The position numbers were made by a program, and so were the translations under genes. This document shows, piece after piece, positions 27,115 to 37,218 of a DNA stretch of 62,279 nucleotides. Origin of the DNA: a candidate division WWE3 bacterium. Its GTDB lineage: Bacteria > Patescibacteriota > WWE3 > UBA101185 > UBA10185. Below the pieces are notes generated by a model. It ran no database searches and was not told the origin of the DNA. It worked only from the letters and a program-made list of their open reading frames with translations. Each line of letters begins with the position of its first letter. Position 1 is the first letter of the stretch. The stretch spans positions 1-62,279 of the forward strand of contig JAAZNL010000004.1 in NCBI GenBank assembly GCA_012798315.1. The letters are read 5' to 3'.

Positions 27115-27528
27115 ATGCGAATGTTTCTTGGGGAATATCAACCGAATATCACTGAAGGTTCTCGTATTGCCCTGCCCAAGAAACTTCGGGATCAAATACA
27201 TGGAGATGAAATAATACTCTCCCGTGGGTTTGAAAGGTGCATTTTTTTATACGATAAGGAAGATTGGGTTAACGAAGCTAAAAAACAGGTTGAAAGCCCA
27301 ATCAGCGATTTGAAAACAAGGGATCTTAAGAGGTACATGTTCGCAAGCGCTTCCGAATCGGCTATAGACGCACAAGGGAGAATAGTGTTGCCGACGCCGC
27401 TAAAAATGTATGCGGCAATTGATAAGAGAACGTGTGTAGTCGGCGCAGGGGATCATATAGAAATTTGGGATGCGGACGCATGGTCAGCACATTTAGAAAA
27501 AATTTCTGCCCAACTCGCCGCGGAATAA
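27115..27528 (+). CDS. mraZ: transcriptional regulator MraZ
   Basis: It begins (MR)MFLGEYQPNITEGSRIALPKKLR and has a second SpoVT/AbrB-like repeat (DAQGRIVLPTPL). It sits immediately upstream of rsmH. An alternative start at ATG 27121 would give the canonical MFxG N-terminus. Confidence 0.9.
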   Translation: MRMFLGEYQPNITEGSRIALPKKLRDQIHGDEIILSRGFERCIFLYDKEDWVNEAKKQVESPISDLKTRDLKRYMFASASESAIDAQGRIVLPTPLKMYAAIDKRTCVVGAGDHIEIWDADAWSAHLEKISAQLAAE

Positions 27529-27535
27529 ACGCTAA

Positions 27536-28441
27536 ATGTACCACGAACCTGTACTAAAAGAGGAAGTAATAGCACATTTACAAGTTAAAGAAGGTCAAAA
27601 ATACATTGATGCTACGCTTGGAGATGGAGGGCATACTTTGGCGATTTTGGAAAAGGGCGGAATTGTTTTAGGTATAGATATTAATGACCAAAGTTTGGAA
27701 CGGGCGATTCACAGAATTAATAGTGCCGGGTATGGAAAATCCTTTTTTCCTTGCAAGGGCAACTTTGAGCACATAGATGCTCTGGCCGAGGACACGGGGT
27801 TTAACCAGGTTTCCGGAATTTTAATGGATCTGGGTTACAGCTCTTTTCAACTGGACGAAAGTGATATTGGATTAAGTTTCTTGCGTGATTCTCCGCTGGA
27901 TATGCGTTTGAACAAAGATTTAGGAGTAACAGCCGCCGACTTAGTTAATTCGCTATCTGAAAAGGAATTAACCCAATTAATAAGCAACTATTCAGACGAA
28001 AAATTTGCTAAATCATTTGCTCACGCCATAGTTTTATCTCGCAATTTGAAGAAGATACAGACAACCAGACAGTTGGCTGACATTTTAAAATCTGCATCTT
28101 CTCCAGGTTACGAGCACGGTAGGATACATCCTGCCACCCGAACTTTTCAGGCGTTAAGAATCGTCGTTAATGATGAATTAGGTAACCTGGAAAGATCACT
28201 GCCCCGAGCTGCGCGCCTGTTGCTGCCTGGAGGTCGAATGATAGTCATAAGCTTTCATTCGCTAGAAGATCGTATCGTTAAAATGTTTGCAAAAGAACAA
28301 GAACGTATACGAAACGGCGCGCAGCCCTGGTTAAAAAGTGTTACGACAAAACCGGTTGAACCTACAAGTACCGAGGTTCAAAGTAACGCCCGCTCGCGAA
28401 GTGCAAAGATGCGTGTGCTAGAAAGAAAAGTTTATTTATAA
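27536..28441 (+). CDS. rsmH: 16S rRNA (cytosine1402-N4)-methyltransferase RsmH (MraW)
   Basis: Motifs YHEPVLKEEV, DATLGDGGHT, DLGYSSFQLD and SFHSLEDRIVK match RsmH. Confidence 0.92.
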   Translation: MYHEPVLKEEVIAHLQVKEGQKYIDATLGDGGHTLAILEKGGIVLGIDINDQSLERAIHRINSAGYGKSFFPCKGNFEHIDALAEDTGFNQVSGILMDLGYSSFQLDESDIGLSFLRDSPLDMRLNKDLGVTAADLVNSLSEKELTQLISNYSDEKFAKSFAHAIVLSRNLKKIQTTRQLADILKSASSPGYEHGRIHPATRTFQALRIVVNDELGNLERSLPRAARLLLPGGRMIVISFHSLEDRIVKMFAKEQERIRNGAQPWLKSVTTKPVEPTSTEVQSNARSRSAKMRVLERKVYL

Positions 28442-28446
28442 AAAAA

Positions 28447-28773
28447 ATGTTACGACACTGCCCAAAACGACACAAAAATATAGATCTTTCCAAAATGTTT
28501 CTTGTATTGGCTGTACTTTCGTTTGTAGCCAGCCTGGGATATAGAATACATTCTGCCGGAAAGCTGGCGGTAAAGAACGAAGCCTTGAAACAATATACGG
28601 AAAAGAAATCCGCTTTAGAAAAAGACCTGGCTTTATTGGAATTTGAAGATTCCAAATACTCATCACTCAAGTATTTGGAGAGCTCCGCATCGCGCATGGG
28701 TTTGGTACGGGTCAGTGAGCCATTAATTGCAGTAGAATTTAGTGGTGGTACAAGTATTGCGGCTGTCAGGTGA
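28447..28773 (+). CDS. FtsL-like cell division protein (small bitopic membrane protein)
   Basis: 108 aa with one transmembrane helix followed by a coiled-coil-like stretch. It occupies the ftsL position between rsmH and ftsI. The call rests on position and architecture. Confidence 0.55.
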   Translation: MLRHCPKRHKNIDLSKMFLVLAVLSFVASLGYRIHSAGKLAVKNEALKQYTEKKSALEKDLALLEFEDSKYSSLKYLESSASRMGLVRVSEPLIAVEFSGGTSIAAVR

Positions 28774-30596
28774 ACACTCCAAATAATAAGAAATTTGAAT
28801 ATCGGGGCGTAACAAGAATACGTATTTTGCGTTATATTTTTTTATTTTCTTTTGTAGCTATAGTTGCGAAACTTTTTTATATCCAGGTTTTGTCACATGA
28901 TAAATACCAGTCTCTTGCTTACAGCCAATATGTGGATACTCAAACTATCCCCCCAAGAAGAGGAAATATTACTACATCTGATGGTTTTTTACTTGCCGGT
29001 ACAAAAACAAACTATACTTTATATGCAGAACCCAAAAAAATCCCGGAAATTCCTGAGTTTAGTGAAAAAATTGCAAAGTTATTTGTTGAGCTAGATCAAA
29101 AAGAAACGTCCGAAACCACGAAAAGCAATTCGAATTTTGGAGATTTTTATCTTAAAGTTTCCCAATCTATTAAACCTGACTTATTTTGGGTAGGATTACG
29201 TCGTGGCTTATCCCCTGAAGACAGAAAACTGATTTTGGATATGAATATACCCGGAATTGGCTTTGAGGAAGATCCTGTGCGTTATTACCCTGAAGATACT
29301 CTGGCAGCGCATGTACTTGGCTTTGTCGGAAGTAATGAGAAGGGCGAACGTACAGGGTATTACGGAATAGAAGGAGGATTAAATAACGATCTTAAAGGCA
29401 AGCAAGGAAGGATATTTCAGGAAGTCGATTCTATTGGCCGGCCTATTCTTTTAGGAAATTTTAAAAAGCTTCCGCCGATTCAGGGGCGGGATATCGTTTT
29501 AACAATAGATAGATCGGCTCAGTATCTGGTAGAGCAAAAACTGAAAGAAGGCGTAGAAAAATACAACGCGACCTCTGGCACGGTTGTTGTTATGAACCCT
29601 AGTACCGGTGAAATTATCGCGATGGCAAACTATCCTACCTTTGATTATAAAAATCTGATATTTGAGGAAGAGGTTTTAACCGAAGAACAAAAAAAGGTCA
29701 GCGGAAGAAAAAAATATGAATACCGAAATTTTGCGATTTCCAGTCCGTATGAACCGGGTTCCGTAATAAAGCCATTTACGATTTCGGCGGCAATAGATTT
29801 GGGAATAGTAAATCCGAATACAACTTTCGAGGATAACGGCCCTGTTTGGTACTCAGGAAAGAAAATAGACAACTGGGATGGAAAACACTATCAGACTCAA
29901 ACTATTACACAATTACTTCAAAAATCTAATAACATAGGTGCGGCTTGGGTAGGACACCAGGTAGGTTCTAAAAACGTCAGTAAGTACTTTGAAAGCTTTG
30001 GAATTGGTGCAAAATACGGAATAGAGTTGGAAGGAGAGGAAACAGGTACTTTACGGGATCACGATACCTGGACTGATATTGACTTGGCAAATGTCTCTTT
30101 TGGGCAGGGTATGTCTGCTACCCCTTTACAGGTTCTTAACGGTTTTAACGTCTTTGCTAACGGAGGTTATTTACTTCAACCTAAAATCGTTTCCCGCATT
30201 ATAGATAACGGAAAGGTAATTAATATACCAACCAAAAATATCCGCAAAGTATTATCATCCGAAACTACGGCTACAATGGTGGATTTGTTGGAAAAAGCAG
30301 CTGAAGGTGGAGAGGCCAAATTCTTTATAAAAAAAGAGTACCGTATAGCGGGAAAGACCGGTACCGCACAAATTTACACCGAATCAGGTTATGATCCCAA
30401 CAAAAGTAATGCTACTTTCGTGGGTTTTATGTCCGGTTCAAAGAAATTTAGCATGATTGTAAAACTTGAAGAACCAAGAACCAGCATTTACGCTGCCGAA
30501 ACTGCCGTCCCTTTGTGGATGACTATTGCCGACGATTTAGTTAAATATTACGGATTAGCCCCAGATAAACCGGTCGCAGAGGTTGCTCCACTATAA
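28770..30596 (+). CDS. ftsI: class B penicillin-binding protein (FtsI/PBP2-type transpeptidase)
   Basis: It has an N-terminal transmembrane helix, a PBP dimerisation region, and the transpeptidase motifs GSVIKPF (SxxK), SNNIG (SxN) and KTGTAQ (KTG). The GTG start overlaps the ftsL stop (GTGA). Confidence 0.88.
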   Translation: MNTPNNKKFEYRGVTRIRILRYIFLFSFVAIVAKLFYIQVLSHDKYQSLAYSQYVDTQTIPPRRGNITTSDGFLLAGTKTNYTLYAEPKKIPEIPEFSEKIAKLFVELDQKETSETTKSNSNFGDFYLKVSQSIKPDLFWVGLRRGLSPEDRKLILDMNIPGIGFEEDPVRYYPEDTLAAHVLGFVGSNEKGERTGYYGIEGGLNNDLKGKQGRIFQEVDSIGRPILLGNFKKLPPIQGRDIVLTIDRSAQYLVEQKLKEGVEKYNATSGTVVVMNPSTGEIIAMANYPTFDYKNLIFEEEVLTEEQKKVSGRKKYEYRNFAISSPYEPGSVIKPFTISAAIDLGIVNPNTTFEDNGPVWYSGKKIDNWDGKHYQTQTITQLLQKSNNIGAAWVGHQVGSKNVSKYFESFGIGAKYGIELEGEETGTLRDHDTWTDIDLANVSFGQGMSATPLQVLNGFNVFANGGYLLQPKIVSRIIDNGKVINIPTKNIRKVLSSETTATMVDLLEKAAEGGEAKFFIKKEYRIAGKTGTAQIYTESGYDPNKSNATFVGFMSGSKKFSMIVKLEEPRTSIYAAETAVPLWMTIADDLVKYYGLAPDKPVAEVAPL

Positions 30597-30645
30597 ATAG
30601 ATATTTCCCCCCTTTATTCTTACTGAATACTAATAAAATCGAAGT

Positions 30646-30996
30646 GTGTTTTCCCGGGAAATAGGAAATATAGGCGAAAATATTGCGATAGCCTACTTAA
30701 AAACGAAAAAATTCTATATTCTGGCGAAAAATGTATACGTTAGGTGGGGAGAAATTGACATAATAGCCATAAAAAACCGTAAAATTTACTTTTTTGAGGT
30801 TAAATACTCCCGAACCGGAATACCTGCCGTTGATATGTATTCCAAATCCAAGAGACGTAAAGTTATAAGATCTGTGTATTTATGGCTAGATTTATACAGC
30901 AAAATGAAAAATTATTCACCGAAGCTTGGACTTATAGCAATTCAGCGCCTGTCAGATGGTCTTGATATAAAAGTATATATAGAGGCTCTGTATTAA
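30646..30996 (+). CDS. YraN family (UPF0102) endonuclease-like protein
   Basis: GNIGENIAIAYLKTKKFYILAKNVYVRWGEIDIIA...FFEVKYS matches the YraN pattern. It uses a GTG start. Confidence 0.8.
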   Translation: MFSREIGNIGENIAIAYLKTKKFYILAKNVYVRWGEIDIIAIKNRKIYFFEVKYSRTGIPAVDMYSKSKRRKVIRSVYLWLDLYSKMKNYSPKLGLIAIQRLSDGLDIKVYIEALY

Positions 30997-31009
30997 CCGT
31001 AGCATGTTG

Positions 31010-31018
31010 TGTTAATAT
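31010..31018 (+). promoter_or_regulatory. extended -10 promoter element TGtTAATAT, 6 nt upstream of ATG 31025
   Basis: The sequence TGTTAATAT is followed by ACCAAT and then ATG, with no Shine-Dalgarno sequence. Confidence 0.4.
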
Positions 31019-31024
31019 ACCAAT

Positions 31025-31426
31025 ATGAGTAAAAAGATTTTATTTATAGAAGATGACGAAGGTTTCTTTAATTTGTTTTCTGCGGCTTTAAGTATGAAAG
31101 GCTATACCATTGTGCATGTCGCTGATGGTTCTGAGGCTGTAGAAAAGGTTAAATCAGAAAAACCTGATCTGGTTCTTTTAGATATAATTTTGCCTGGAAT
31201 GAGCGGCTTGGACATATTAAAAGAGCTTAAGGAGACTGAAGAAACCAAAGCCATTAAGATAGTTATGCTTACAAATTTTGGCACCGATGAAAATGTAAAT
31301 CGGGCTATGGAATTAGGTTCTGATGATTACCTAATGAAATACAATGTAGTTCCTTCGGAATTACCCAACAAAATAGCCGCTTTACTAGGTGAAACCGCTG
31401 ATTCCGGTGTAAAATTTGTTAGTTAA
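31025..31426 (+). CDS. response regulator, receiver (REC) domain only
   Basis: 133 aa with the acidic pocket IEDDEG, a phospho-acceptor context LVLLDIILPGMSG, and LTNF and K residues. There is no output domain. Confidence 0.88.
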   Translation: MSKKILFIEDDEGFFNLFSAALSMKGYTIVHVADGSEAVEKVKSEKPDLVLLDIILPGMSGLDILKELKETEETKAIKIVMLTNFGTDENVNRAMELGSDDYLMKYNVVPSELPNKIAALLGETADSGVKFVS

Positions 31427-31466
31427 CTGATCAAAATCGAATAAAAGCCAGATTAAGTACCTGCCC

Positions 31467-32306
31467 ATGGATACTGTATATTTACTAATTATTATATTTG
31501 AAGCTTTAGCGTTGGTTTTGCTGGTTGTATTTTTCCTTTTTAAGTCCCACAAGTTATCAGAAGTTCTAAAAGAGCTTCAGCAACATAGGGAGCAGGAAAA
31601 AAAGCAGGTTGAATTACAACACCAACGTGATGATTATTTGGCAATGCTGGTGCATGAACTACGGGCTCCTTTGGCAGTTATTAAAGGTGCTGCAGACTTA
31701 ATAATTAAAGAGGCTCCCAGTTTGTCCAAAGAACAAATCGAAACTTTACTTGGCCAGATTAAAAAATCATCCTCTAGCCTTTTGCAAATAGTAAACGACA
31801 TTCTTGACGTTTCTAAAATTGAATCAGGTAAATTTAGTATTAAAAAAGTTCCCGGAGACATTAATCTATTATTAAAAGAAATTTGCGATTATTATCTTTC
31901 ATGGGCAAACGAGAAACAGATAAAAATAAATCTCGAACTCGAAGAAAACATTCCGCAAATAAATTTTGACTCAGAACGTGTTAAACAGGTTTTAAACAAT
32001 CTGTTATCAAACGCTTTAAAATTTACTGATGAATATGGAAATATAACGGTAAAAACTCACTTAAACACTAAAGTTGTTCAGGTGTATGTATGCGATACGG
32101 GTATTGGAATTCCGGATGATATGAAACACAAATTGTTCAACAAGTTTGTTCAGGTAGGCGCAAAGGAACAGGTGAAGGAAAAAGGAACTGGTTTAGGATT
32201 ATTTATTGCAAAAGGAATTGTCGAAGCTCACGGAGGAAACATTTGGATTGAAGATAACGATCCGCAAGGTACTAAGTTTGTATTTACGATTCCATTAGCG
32301 AATTAA
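31467..32306 (+). CDS. sensor histidine kinase (one TM helix, HisKA and HATPase_c domains)
   Basis: It has the H-box MLVHELRAPLAVIKG, the N-box LLSNALKFT, G1 DTGIGI and G2 GTGLGL. Only one N-terminal transmembrane helix precedes the DHp domain. Confidence 0.88.
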   Translation: MDTVYLLIIIFEALALVLLVVFFLFKSHKLSEVLKELQQHREQEKKQVELQHQRDDYLAMLVHELRAPLAVIKGAADLIIKEAPSLSKEQIETLLGQIKKSSSSLLQIVNDILDVSKIESGKFSIKKVPGDINLLLKEICDYYLSWANEKQIKINLELEENIPQINFDSERVKQVLNNLLSNALKFTDEYGNITVKTHLNTKVVQVYVCDTGIGIPDDMKHKLFNKFVQVGAKEQVKEKGTGLGLFIAKGIVEAHGGNIWIEDNDPQGTKFVFTIPLAN

Positions 32307-32311
32307 TTTTT

Positions 32312-33697
32312 ATGGATATTCCGGAAACAAATTTTCGCGCATACGACATAAGGGGAATTTATCCAGAAGAAATAGATGAACTTAAAATGGAGCATATAGG
32401 TAAAGCTCTAGCGAAAATGTTTTACGATCGTCAGATTAAAAATGTTGTTGTGGGACGGGATAACCGGGAAAACTCGGAGATAACTACCAGCGGTTTAATC
32501 AAAGGTCTTTTATCATCAGGTATCAATGTAAATTACACAGGTATAACAACGCATCCGGCCATGCACTATTTTACATTTATAGGATTTGATGCCGCGATAA
32601 ATGTAACGGCCAGTCATAACCCCAGCAATTACACAGGAATAAAAGTGGATTTTGAAAAAGCAATGCCTTTATATGGTGATGAACTTAAAAAGGTTCACGA
32701 CATAATCGCGCGTGAGGATTATGTCAAAGGAAAAGGCGTTTTTAACCAGCACGGTTTGAATACTCAGTATGTCGACATGCTTAGCCACAAATTTAGAATT
32801 AAAAATAAAATTAAAGTGGCACTTGATTGCGGTGGCGGGGCAACTTCAGAAATAGCACCCAGGACTTTTAATAAAATAGGGGCGTATGTTTCGCCGCTTT
32901 TTTGCGATCTTTCAGATAAAAATGTACACGAAGTTCCAAATCCTGAATCTTTTGGGTTTATGCAGGAAGTTCGAAAACATACTGTTGATTCATACAGCAA
33001 TATCGGTATTGGTCTGGACGGAGATGGAGACCGGCTCGGGGTAGTAGACGAAAAAGGACATATATATAAGATAGATCAGATTGCCCTTTTGTTGATTAAG
33101 CACATAATGCCAAAACATAAGAACGGACAAATAATTTATGATGTCAAAAGTACGCAATTGATTGAACAAACCGCTAAAAAATACGGGGGTGTGCCAAAGA
33201 TAATGCAAACAGGCCGAAGCTACGTCCTTAAAGAAATGTTTGCCGGGAACGCGGTTTTGGGGGTTGAATTATCAGGGCATGTTTATATTAAGGATGATTA
33301 TTTCGGTTTTGATGATGCTATTTATACGGCGTGCAGATTAATTTCCATTCTGGACAAAGAGGAAAAACCCTTATCCGAATTAATGAATGAGTTTCCTAAA
33401 CTGGCAAGCACACCTGAAATATCTGTTCCGTGTCCTGACGATCAAAAATTTGATGTTATTAAAGATCTACAACGCAGAGCGCTAGAAAACAAAAAATTTT
33501 TAGATGTAAACACTATGGACGGCATCAGGGTCAAAACATCTGAGACTGGTTGGTTTTTAATTAGAGCTAAGAATACTACGCCCTTGCTAAGTCTGGTATT
33601 TGAGGGCAAAGATATGGGTGAAGTCCAGGATAATATGCAGATTGTTACAAACCTTTTGAAGGATTATAAAAGCGTAGATTTAACTAATTTTAGCTGA
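32312..33697 (+). CDS. phosphomannomutase/phosphoglucomutase family (alpha-D-phosphohexomutase)
   Basis: It has the active-site loop NVTASHNPSNYTGIK, the metal loop GLDGDGDRLG and the sugar loop GVELSGH. Confidence 0.88.
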   Translation: MDIPETNFRAYDIRGIYPEEIDELKMEHIGKALAKMFYDRQIKNVVVGRDNRENSEITTSGLIKGLLSSGINVNYTGITTHPAMHYFTFIGFDAAINVTASHNPSNYTGIKVDFEKAMPLYGDELKKVHDIIAREDYVKGKGVFNQHGLNTQYVDMLSHKFRIKNKIKVALDCGGGATSEIAPRTFNKIGAYVSPLFCDLSDKNVHEVPNPESFGFMQEVRKHTVDSYSNIGIGLDGDGDRLGVVDEKGHIYKIDQIALLLIKHIMPKHKNGQIIYDVKSTQLIEQTAKKYGGVPKIMQTGRSYVLKEMFAGNAVLGVELSGHVYIKDDYFGFDDAIYTACRLISILDKEEKPLSELMNEFPKLASTPEISVPCPDDQKFDVIKDLQRRALENKKFLDVNTMDGIRVKTSETGWFLIRAKNTTPLLSLVFEGKDMGEVQDNMQIVTNLLKDYKSVDLTNFS

Positions 33698-33707
33698 AAA
33701 AGAAAGG

Positions 33708-33716
33708 TGTTATACT
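33708..33716 (+). promoter_or_regulatory. extended -10 promoter element TGtTATACT, 6 nt upstream of ATG 33723
   Basis: The sequence TGTTATACT is followed by CGAAAT and then ATG. Confidence 0.4.
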
Positions 33717-33722
33717 CGAAAT

Positions 33723-35987
33723 ATGAATAAAAAAACTGCCCAAGTTTTGTGGTTTAAAGAAATACGCAAAACAGATATTTCGGTTGTTGGAGGTAAAGGA
33801 GCAAATTTAGGAGAGATGGTATTTGCAAAAATACCCGTTCCCAATGGCTTTGTCGTTACGGCAAACGCTTATTACGATTTTATTAATTCAACATCAATAA
33901 AACAAAAAATAATAACCGAGTTGAAAGGCCTCGATGTAGACGATTCCGACAAACTTCGCGCGGCCTCGCGAGCAATAGAAACCGCGATCATGGCAGCCGA
34001 CATGCCGGAAGAATTAGCTGAACAGATTAAAACCTATTACCTTGAATTATGCGGAGAACATGACCGCTATGTGGCTGTAAGATCTTCGGCTACCGCCGAA
34101 GATCTCCCGGACGCGTCGTTTGCTGGACAGCAGGAAACATACCTTAACGTTAAAGGTTGGAAAGATGTTGTTAAGCACGTTCAAAAATGCTGGGCATCCC
34201 TTTTTGAGGCTCGAGCTATTTTTTATAGAGAAACCAACAAATACTCTCATTTAAAAGTAGGTATAGCCGTTCCTGTACAGTTAATGGTTCAGTCAGAAGT
34301 TGCAGGTATTATGTTTACGGTTAACCCTTTAACAAATAATCAGGGTGAGGTGTCTATAGAAGCTGCTTTTGGATTAGGACAGCCGATTGTTTCCGGAGAA
34401 GTTACGCCGGATCAATATATAATAGATAAAAAAACAGGCAAGATTACTTCCAAATATATTTCTAACCAAGATTGGCAGTTTACTTTAGCCGGAAAGACTC
34501 CGATATCTAAAAAATACCAAAACGTACAGAAATTGCCAACAAAAACCATATTGGAGTTGGCAAAAATAGGTCTTCAAATTGAAGAGCACTACGGACGTCC
34601 TCAGGATATTGAATATGGTATAGAAGGCGGAAAAGTATACATTGTGCAATCCCGCCCGGTTACCACTTTAAATGCCCAGCACGACAAGACTTTAGTAATT
34701 GAAGGCGGAATTAAAGCGAAGCCTTTATTAGATGGATTAGCAGCTTCTCCTGGAGTTGCTGTAGGAAAAGTTCAGATAGTTAAAAGTCCCAGTGAAATCA
34801 GCAAAGTTAAAGAAGGAGATATTCTGGTGGCAGAGATGACCAATCCCGACTATGTACCAGCCATGAAACGTGCTGCTGCCATTGTTACCGATTTGGGGGG
34901 TCGTACGAGCCACGCGGCTATTGTAAGTAGAGAACTTGGTGTACCCGCAGTTGTAGGAACCGAAAGTGCCACAAAAATATTAACCAACAATGAAGAAATT
35001 AGTGTAGATGGTACAAATGGTTTGGTATACGAAGGTAATGTTACAGTAGAGTCAAAAGAAGAGGATGTTGCGCAAATAGATACCTCAAAAATGAAGACAG
35101 CAATGAAAATCTACATGAATCTTGCGGAACCGGAACTGGCAGAAGATATGGCAAAACGAAATGTTGATGGTGTCGGATTATTGAGAGCTGAATTTATCAT
35201 GGCCAACATTGGGACACACCCTAAAGTATTTATAAAAAATCACACCGAAAAGCAGTATATAAATCAGTTAGCCGATGGTTTGGAAAAGTTCGCAAAAGCG
35301 TTTTATCCCAGGCCAGTTGTTTACAGATTTAATGATTTTAAGTCTAACGAATACGCTCACTTAAAAGGCGGGGAAGAATTTGAATCGGAAGAGCCAAATC
35401 CAATGATTGGTTACAGAGGTGTCTTTAGATACATTAAAGAACCGGAAGTTTTTGAAATGGAATGTGAAGCAATAAAGATTGTGAGAAATAAAATGGGCTA
35501 TAAGAATCTTTGGGTAATGCTGCCTTTTGTTAGAACTATTGAGCAGTTACGCGAAACAAAAAAACTGCTTAACTCTTTTGGGCTAAGAAGAAGTGGTTTA
35601 TTCAAACTATGGTTAATGGTTGAAATTCCTTCTAATGTTATTTTGTTGGATGAATTTTTAGAAGAAGGTGTGGACGGTGTTTCGATTGGTAGTAATGATT
35701 TAACTATGTTGACTTTGGGTCTGGACAGAGATAACGATAAAGTGGCCGAAGTCTACACTGAAATGAATCCTGCGGTGTTAAAATCATTCGAAAAAATTAT
35801 TACCGGATGTAGAAAACATAAAGTAACTTGTTCCATGTGCGGACAGGCCCCTTCCGTTTTTCCTGAACTTGTTGAAATGATGGTAGGTTGGGGAGCTACA
35901 TCTGTTTCCGTAAGTCCTGATGTAATTGAAAAGACCAGACAAATAGTATACGAGGCCGAAAGAAAAGTTTTGCATAAAAAGAAATGA
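33723..35987 (+). CDS. ppsA: phosphoenolpyruvate synthase (pyruvate, water dikinase)
   Basis: Motifs VGGKGANLGEM, the phosphohistidine loop TDLGGRTSHAAIVSRELGVPAVVG and the C-terminal PEP-utilising TIM-barrel blocks (GSNDLTM) match PpsA. Confidence 0.92.
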   Translation: MNKKTAQVLWFKEIRKTDISVVGGKGANLGEMVFAKIPVPNGFVVTANAYYDFINSTSIKQKIITELKGLDVDDSDKLRAASRAIETAIMAADMPEELAEQIKTYYLELCGEHDRYVAVRSSATAEDLPDASFAGQQETYLNVKGWKDVVKHVQKCWASLFEARAIFYRETNKYSHLKVGIAVPVQLMVQSEVAGIMFTVNPLTNNQGEVSIEAAFGLGQPIVSGEVTPDQYIIDKKTGKITSKYISNQDWQFTLAGKTPISKKYQNVQKLPTKTILELAKIGLQIEEHYGRPQDIEYGIEGGKVYIVQSRPVTTLNAQHDKTLVIEGGIKAKPLLDGLAASPGVAVGKVQIVKSPSEISKVKEGDILVAEMTNPDYVPAMKRAAAIVTDLGGRTSHAAIVSRELGVPAVVGTESATKILTNNEEISVDGTNGLVYEGNVTVESKEEDVAQIDTSKMKTAMKIYMNLAEPELAEDMAKRNVDGVGLLRAEFIMANIGTHPKVFIKNHTEKQYINQLADGLEKFAKAFYPRPVVYRFNDFKSNEYAHLKGGEEFESEEPNPMIGYRGVFRYIKEPEVFEMECEAIKIVRNKMGYKNLWVMLPFVRTIEQLRETKKLLNSFGLRRSGLFKLWLMVEIPSNVILLDEFLEEGVDGVSIGSNDLTMLTLGLDRDNDKVAEVYTEMNPAVLKSFEKIITGCRKHKVTCSMCGQAPSVFPELVEMMVGWGATSVSVSPDVIEKTRQIVYEAERKVLHKKK

Positions 35988-37213
35988 CACCAAAAATAAA
36001 ATCAATTGATTGTCACAAACTGGTTAATTCCAGAGGTGATTGGACAATCGAGACTCATGTTGAACTAACAGATGGCTCTGTCGGAGTCCAGGCTATCCCA
36101 GATGGTGCGTCAAAAGGGCAAAATGAGGCAATAAGTATAGAGCCGGAAAAAGCGGTGGACATAGTTTCTACCGTGATAAACGACGCGCTTAAAGGTGAAG
36201 ATCCGTTTGAACAGGATGTATTGGATGAAGTTCTTATTTCAATGGACGGAACTCCAAATAAAAGCCACTTGGGTGGTAACAGCATACTTTCAGTTTCCTT
36301 GGCAATAGCAGAAGCATCTGCTATGTCGAAAGAAATGGAACTGTACGAGTATTTAAGCGTTCTGTACACAGGAAAAAAGAAGATGCGCCACGAGGTACGT
36401 TTTCCGACACCGGTATTTAATATCTTAAATGGGGGTAAACACGCTCACAATGGACTGTCGTTTCAGGAATTTATGGTGATTCCTTCGCCGAAGAAAAACT
36501 TTGTAGAAGCAATGGAAATGGGTGTAGACGTTTACCATCAATTAAAGAAAAATCTTACAGCTGATAATTACGATATTGATGTAGGCGATGAGGGGGGTTT
36601 CGCGCCAAATGGCCTCACAGTAGGTAAGGCGTTAACGTACATTAAAAGTGCAGCGTCGGAAAAATTTAAACCCGGTGAAGACGTTTTTTTTGGAATGGAT
36701 GTGGCCGCAGAGTCTTTTTATAAACATGGCAAATATTGTGTAGATGAAGAAGAACTTAAAAACGATAACGTTGAGATGGGATTATATTATTCTAATCTTA
36801 TTAAAAAGTTCGAACTTATATATATAGAAGATCCTTTTTACGAGAAGGATATAGAGGGATGGGGCCAGTTTTTTAAGAAGGAAGGAAAGAAACTAATGAT
36901 TGTCGGTGATGACTTAGTAGTTACAAACACTAAGTTTTTATCTATGGCAATTAGTCAGTCCTTAATTAATGCCGTTATAGTAAAACCAAACCAAATAGGA
37001 ACGTTAACCGAAACGTTACGTTTTATAAAGATGGCCAAGGAAAATAATCTGGCTACCATAATATCCCACCGAAGTGGGGATACCGCAGAAGATACGTTTA
37101 TTGCAGATCTGGCATTAGCTGTTGACGCGGACTTTATTAAATCCGGAGCTCCTGTGCGTGGGGAACGTGTCGCTAAATACAACCGGCTTTTGGAAATTTA
37201 CTTCAAAGATTAA
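35984..37213 (+). CDS. eno: enolase (phosphopyruvate hydratase), divergent
   Basis: Motifs DGASKGQNEA, GDEGGFAP, IVGDDL, KPNQIGTLTET and SHRSGDTAEDTFIADLALAV match enolase. The start overlaps the ppsA stop (ATGA). Confidence 0.9.
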   Translation: MTPKIKSIDCHKLVNSRGDWTIETHVELTDGSVGVQAIPDGASKGQNEAISIEPEKAVDIVSTVINDALKGEDPFEQDVLDEVLISMDGTPNKSHLGGNSILSVSLAIAEASAMSKEMELYEYLSVLYTGKKKMRHEVRFPTPVFNILNGGKHAHNGLSFQEFMVIPSPKKNFVEAMEMGVDVYHQLKKNLTADNYDIDVGDEGGFAPNGLTVGKALTYIKSAASEKFKPGEDVFFGMDVAAESFYKHGKYCVDEEELKNDNVEMGLYYSNLIKKFELIYIEDPFYEKDIEGWGQFFKKEGKKLMIVGDDLVVTNTKFLSMAISQSLINAVIVKPNQIGTLTETLRFIKMAKENNLATIISHRSGDTAEDTFIADLALAVDADFIKSGAPVRGERVAKYNRLLEIYFKD

Positions 37214-37218
37214 AAATC

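Noticed and set aside
26686-27201. 171-aa minus-strand ORF filling the glyQS-mraZ gap
   Set aside because: The translation has no recognisable motif and an odd composition. The ORF runs through the phased repeat array and overlaps the mraZ start. It is more likely a chance open frame in non-coding DNA.
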